Assembly (NCBI GenBank): GCA_030704615.1
Contig: CM060734.1
Location: 22,258,001-22,322,000, forward strand
Length of the DNA: 64,000 nt
From: Takakia lepidozioides
Lineage: Eukaryota > Plantae > Bryophyta
Direction of reading: 5' to 3'
In this document: piece by piece, positions 61,351 through 64,000 of the stretch
How positions within the stretch are numbered: position 1 is the first letter of the stretch
How the letters are laid out: each line of letters opens with the position of its first letter
Position numbers and translations under genes: made by a program
Notes under the pieces: generated by a model
The model's database searches: none
Told to the model about the DNA's origin: nothing
The model's input: only the letters and a program-made list of their open reading frames with translations

Positions 61351-63406
61351 CATAGGGAACGGAGAGCAGGACAGGGAACGACTGTGGGGAACAACACCTG
61401 CAAATGGAACATGTTAGTTCACGGACGACGGTTAGTGAGGGAAACGGTTAGAGCCATGGGTAGGAAGATAAAGGGAGAAGCAAGGACTGAGATGGGGGAT
61501 TCTGGGAAGCACTTCGAGGGGGAGGATTTCTTGGTCATGCATGAGAGGGGATCGGGCGGAGAGCAAGAACGGAAGCAAAGATGGAGAGCACGGTGAAGGA
61601 GGAGAGATGATTAGTAGATGCTTGTTATATGCAAAGCTGTGGTGATATTGTAAAGCAGATTAGAGGCACAATGGCTTCGGCCTGATACCTGATAAATCAT
61701 AATCTGATACTTATACGATACAATCACACTGTGTAGAGAGATCTGAGTGAAGCTGTGGAATGAATGGATGAGTTGAAGGAATCTGATAGATTGATGAAGC
61801 AAACTGATACTTAATTATCAATGGTAAGGTAGCTAACATGAATGTGGAAAGGGAAACAAATAGGAAACACCCCCATGATACACTAGCTGTAGGTCATGAC
61901 TGATTGTTCTGAGCGGGCTGAGTACTTAGAGATTACCAACTCTTCTATCTTGGAGTTTCCGCCTCGGATAGCGAAGGGATGGGTGAGTAAAAGCCGCGCG
62001 ACATGGACCGTTTACCACTATGGCTCACGACCACTACAACGAGCCACTTTTTAGCAAACCTTTTAGGTTGCGTAGGCAGTTAGGCAAATGATCATTAACG
62101 ACTGCAGGCTGTAACGGCTCTTTCGAGCATAGTATAAAAAGACTACACGAAACTTAGAGGGTGTGCAGTATGAGTATCAGTGATCAATGTGTATTTAGAG
62201 GGACTCAGAGTGATTTTGTGATGATGTGACGAGCTCTGAAGTAAAGCCATGCTATTCGAAGTATCTCTGTGTAGAGTGAATGTGAGATGGAGGGAATGTG
62301 CATTATGAGAGAACGTGAGATGGTGAGAATGTGTATCATCTCAGAATAGTTCTTGTTTTCTCTTGACTACCATCTGCTTGTAGGAACCAAGAGGCTTCAG
62401 TCCTTTCGACTAAGATCTTTTATGCTTAAGAGACTGTAGATTGGGCTTAATCAATAGGATTAAGCAGCCTGCAGGGATATGGCTTCATCCGACGTTCATG
62501 GTTTAGCTATCCTTAAAACGATTACTTCGTAATCGTTTGTGAAAGCATACCGTCGGACAACCTCTGTTGCATGTCTTAGGAAATGGGCAGTAGTGTTAAT
62601 AGCCTGTTTTGTCTAAGTCATAAACCAGCAGTTAACAGCAGTAGCACAATTGAAAATCAAGCACTGCTAATGAAGGCACATTCTTCAACACATTTCACCC
62701 TGTTTTCCCCTTTTATCAAAATCGGCCCTAAATTTTCATGTTGAATTCTGCAAGTTAGTTGTTGAGTGAATTTAGTTTGGAGTGACTTTGACATGATACG
62801 GGGGTTGCTATTCCATATGCCTGCGTGCATGCATGCACAAAATCCCTTATTATATATGCATGTGACAAATTTGTATGCACACATTGTAGATTGTATGCAG
62901 TGGAGTTATATAACATAGAATACGACGTATTTATTGCATATGCAAATGTTACATCATATGTATAGAAAAAAAATAAAAATAAAATCTTAGCTAACAAAAT
63001 CAGTAGTCAATGGTCAAAGATGCATGTGACCCCTAACTCCAACTAATGCACCACCTTAAACTGAAGAGAATACAAGATCCCTGGCCAAAGTAATAGTTTG
63101 CAAACTTGTATTCAAGGAAAACAGTTTCATATTAACCAAAATATGGACTTTTGTACTAACAAATGCATGTGTGTCATGTTTGGAACCACCACATTGCATG
63201 TCTGTTTGTAATGCCAAGCAGTTCTATAATTTGAAAACTTGTATGACAGGTACACAAGTTCCATTTTAACCAAAATAGGAACTTTTGTACTAACAAATGT
63301 TATGTGTCATGTTTGGAATAAAGTAGTAACAAGATAATTACATGTCACATGCATGAAAATGAACGGCACAAGTTAGAGGTTTTTTTTTTGTGCATTTCAT
63401 GTGTCA

Positions 63407-64000
63407 CTAAGAAGTTGAACTAGGGTCCTTCTTTAGCATAGCCCTAACCTCTAACTGGCTAAGGGAAGGTTGGTGGATCTCATAAGCCCCGGCGCATCCT
63501 ATATGCACGTTGTACATGAAGTACATGTGCTTACAAGGTAGATATGTTTGTTTTTTCTTCTTGACAGATAGCTCATCAAAGTCGGGACAATCACAAGATG
63601 GAAACTAACCAATGTATGCATTGTAAGCCAATCCTGCTATGGTAGATCCCTCTGTTTGTAGCTGGTAAATTCTCCCATAACCTGGCTGAGGCAAGTTTCT
63701 GAATCCACGAACCTCAGCAATAAGAGTCTCCGTTGACTCTTGGCGACTCAAGTGTCGAGGAGTTGGATCCCGACGCCGAATGCGCACCCCATAGCGTGTA
63801 GTGGGATACCTACCCACAGGAAGGACAACACCTTGATGAATATGTTGTTTCACTGGAAGTGGTCCCACAGGAAAGTTCGGATCAGGAACGTTGGGAGGAT
63901 GGACTAGTCAAAAACCTGCAAGGGTCAAGTTGTCCACCTCTTCTTGTGTAAGGTTGGTTCCAACCTTCACAGGCCACACGTTAGGTATACCCGGTTTTCC
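63407..64000 (-). pseudogene. 3' end of a second, divergent MULE-SWIM transposase of the same family as 41789-45348 (runs off the window)
   Basis: PNVWPVKVGTNLTQEEVDNLTLAGF versus PAIWPVQIGTSLSSTEISMLEEGGF; PGYGRIY versus PGSGWIY; FPSCDCPDF..LPCKHMYFMY..IHQPSL versus FPSCTCPDF..VPCKHQYYIY..IHQATL. Confidence 0.88.

Larger units (their letters stand above)
57200..62003 (+). mobile_element. 3' half of the same LTR family: accessory ORF, PPT and 3' LTR (60994-62003)
   Basis: PPT GAGAGGGGAAGGGG at ~60977-60990; LTR ends GGGTGAGTAAAAGCCGCGCGACA, matching the reverse complement of 45980-46100. Confidence 0.88.

Noticed and set aside
63125-63320. Short direct duplication (TTAACCAAAAT..CTTTTGTACTAACAAATG..GTCATGTTTGGAA)
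   Set aside because: Only two copies in AT-rich sequence downstream of the transposase; no further structure supports a function.

Overview
Eukaryotic, gene-poor, transposon-dense window. It is most likely from a non-seed land plant, judged from PLS-class PPR repeats, spliceosomal introns and non-chromovirus Ty3 elements; this is an inference. From left to right: (i) a ~120-bp satellite and a ~1-kb higher-order tandem array that flips orientation at 3950/3951; (ii) a Ty3/Gypsy retrotransposon whose RT is split by a 10.4-kb hAT element (8-bp TSD) containing hairpin arrays, a SINE, an L1 piece, a ParB-domain gene fragment and a chromovirus fragment; (iii) a Helitron Rep-helicase split by a 12.1-kb Mutator-like element (9-bp TSD); (iv) two oppositely oriented LTR elements carrying a large extra coiled-coil ORF, with PPR pseudogene fragments between them; (v) the 3' end of a second, divergent transposase of the same MULE-SWIM family. 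The most interesting object is the MULE at 33667-45767. Head-to-head with its GCM-like/DDE/SWIM transposase it carries a multi-exon gene encoding a ParB/Srx-like domain (DGNHR) fused to a prokaryote-type beta-class DNA amino-methyltransferase (N4C/N6A) fold. An array of 40-bp palindromes at 115-116 bp spacing sits in its predicted first intron. A homologous ParB gene fragment lies inside the unrelated hAT. All copies here are degenerate (frameshifts and stops). Domain calls are by motif recognition only; no database searches were run.
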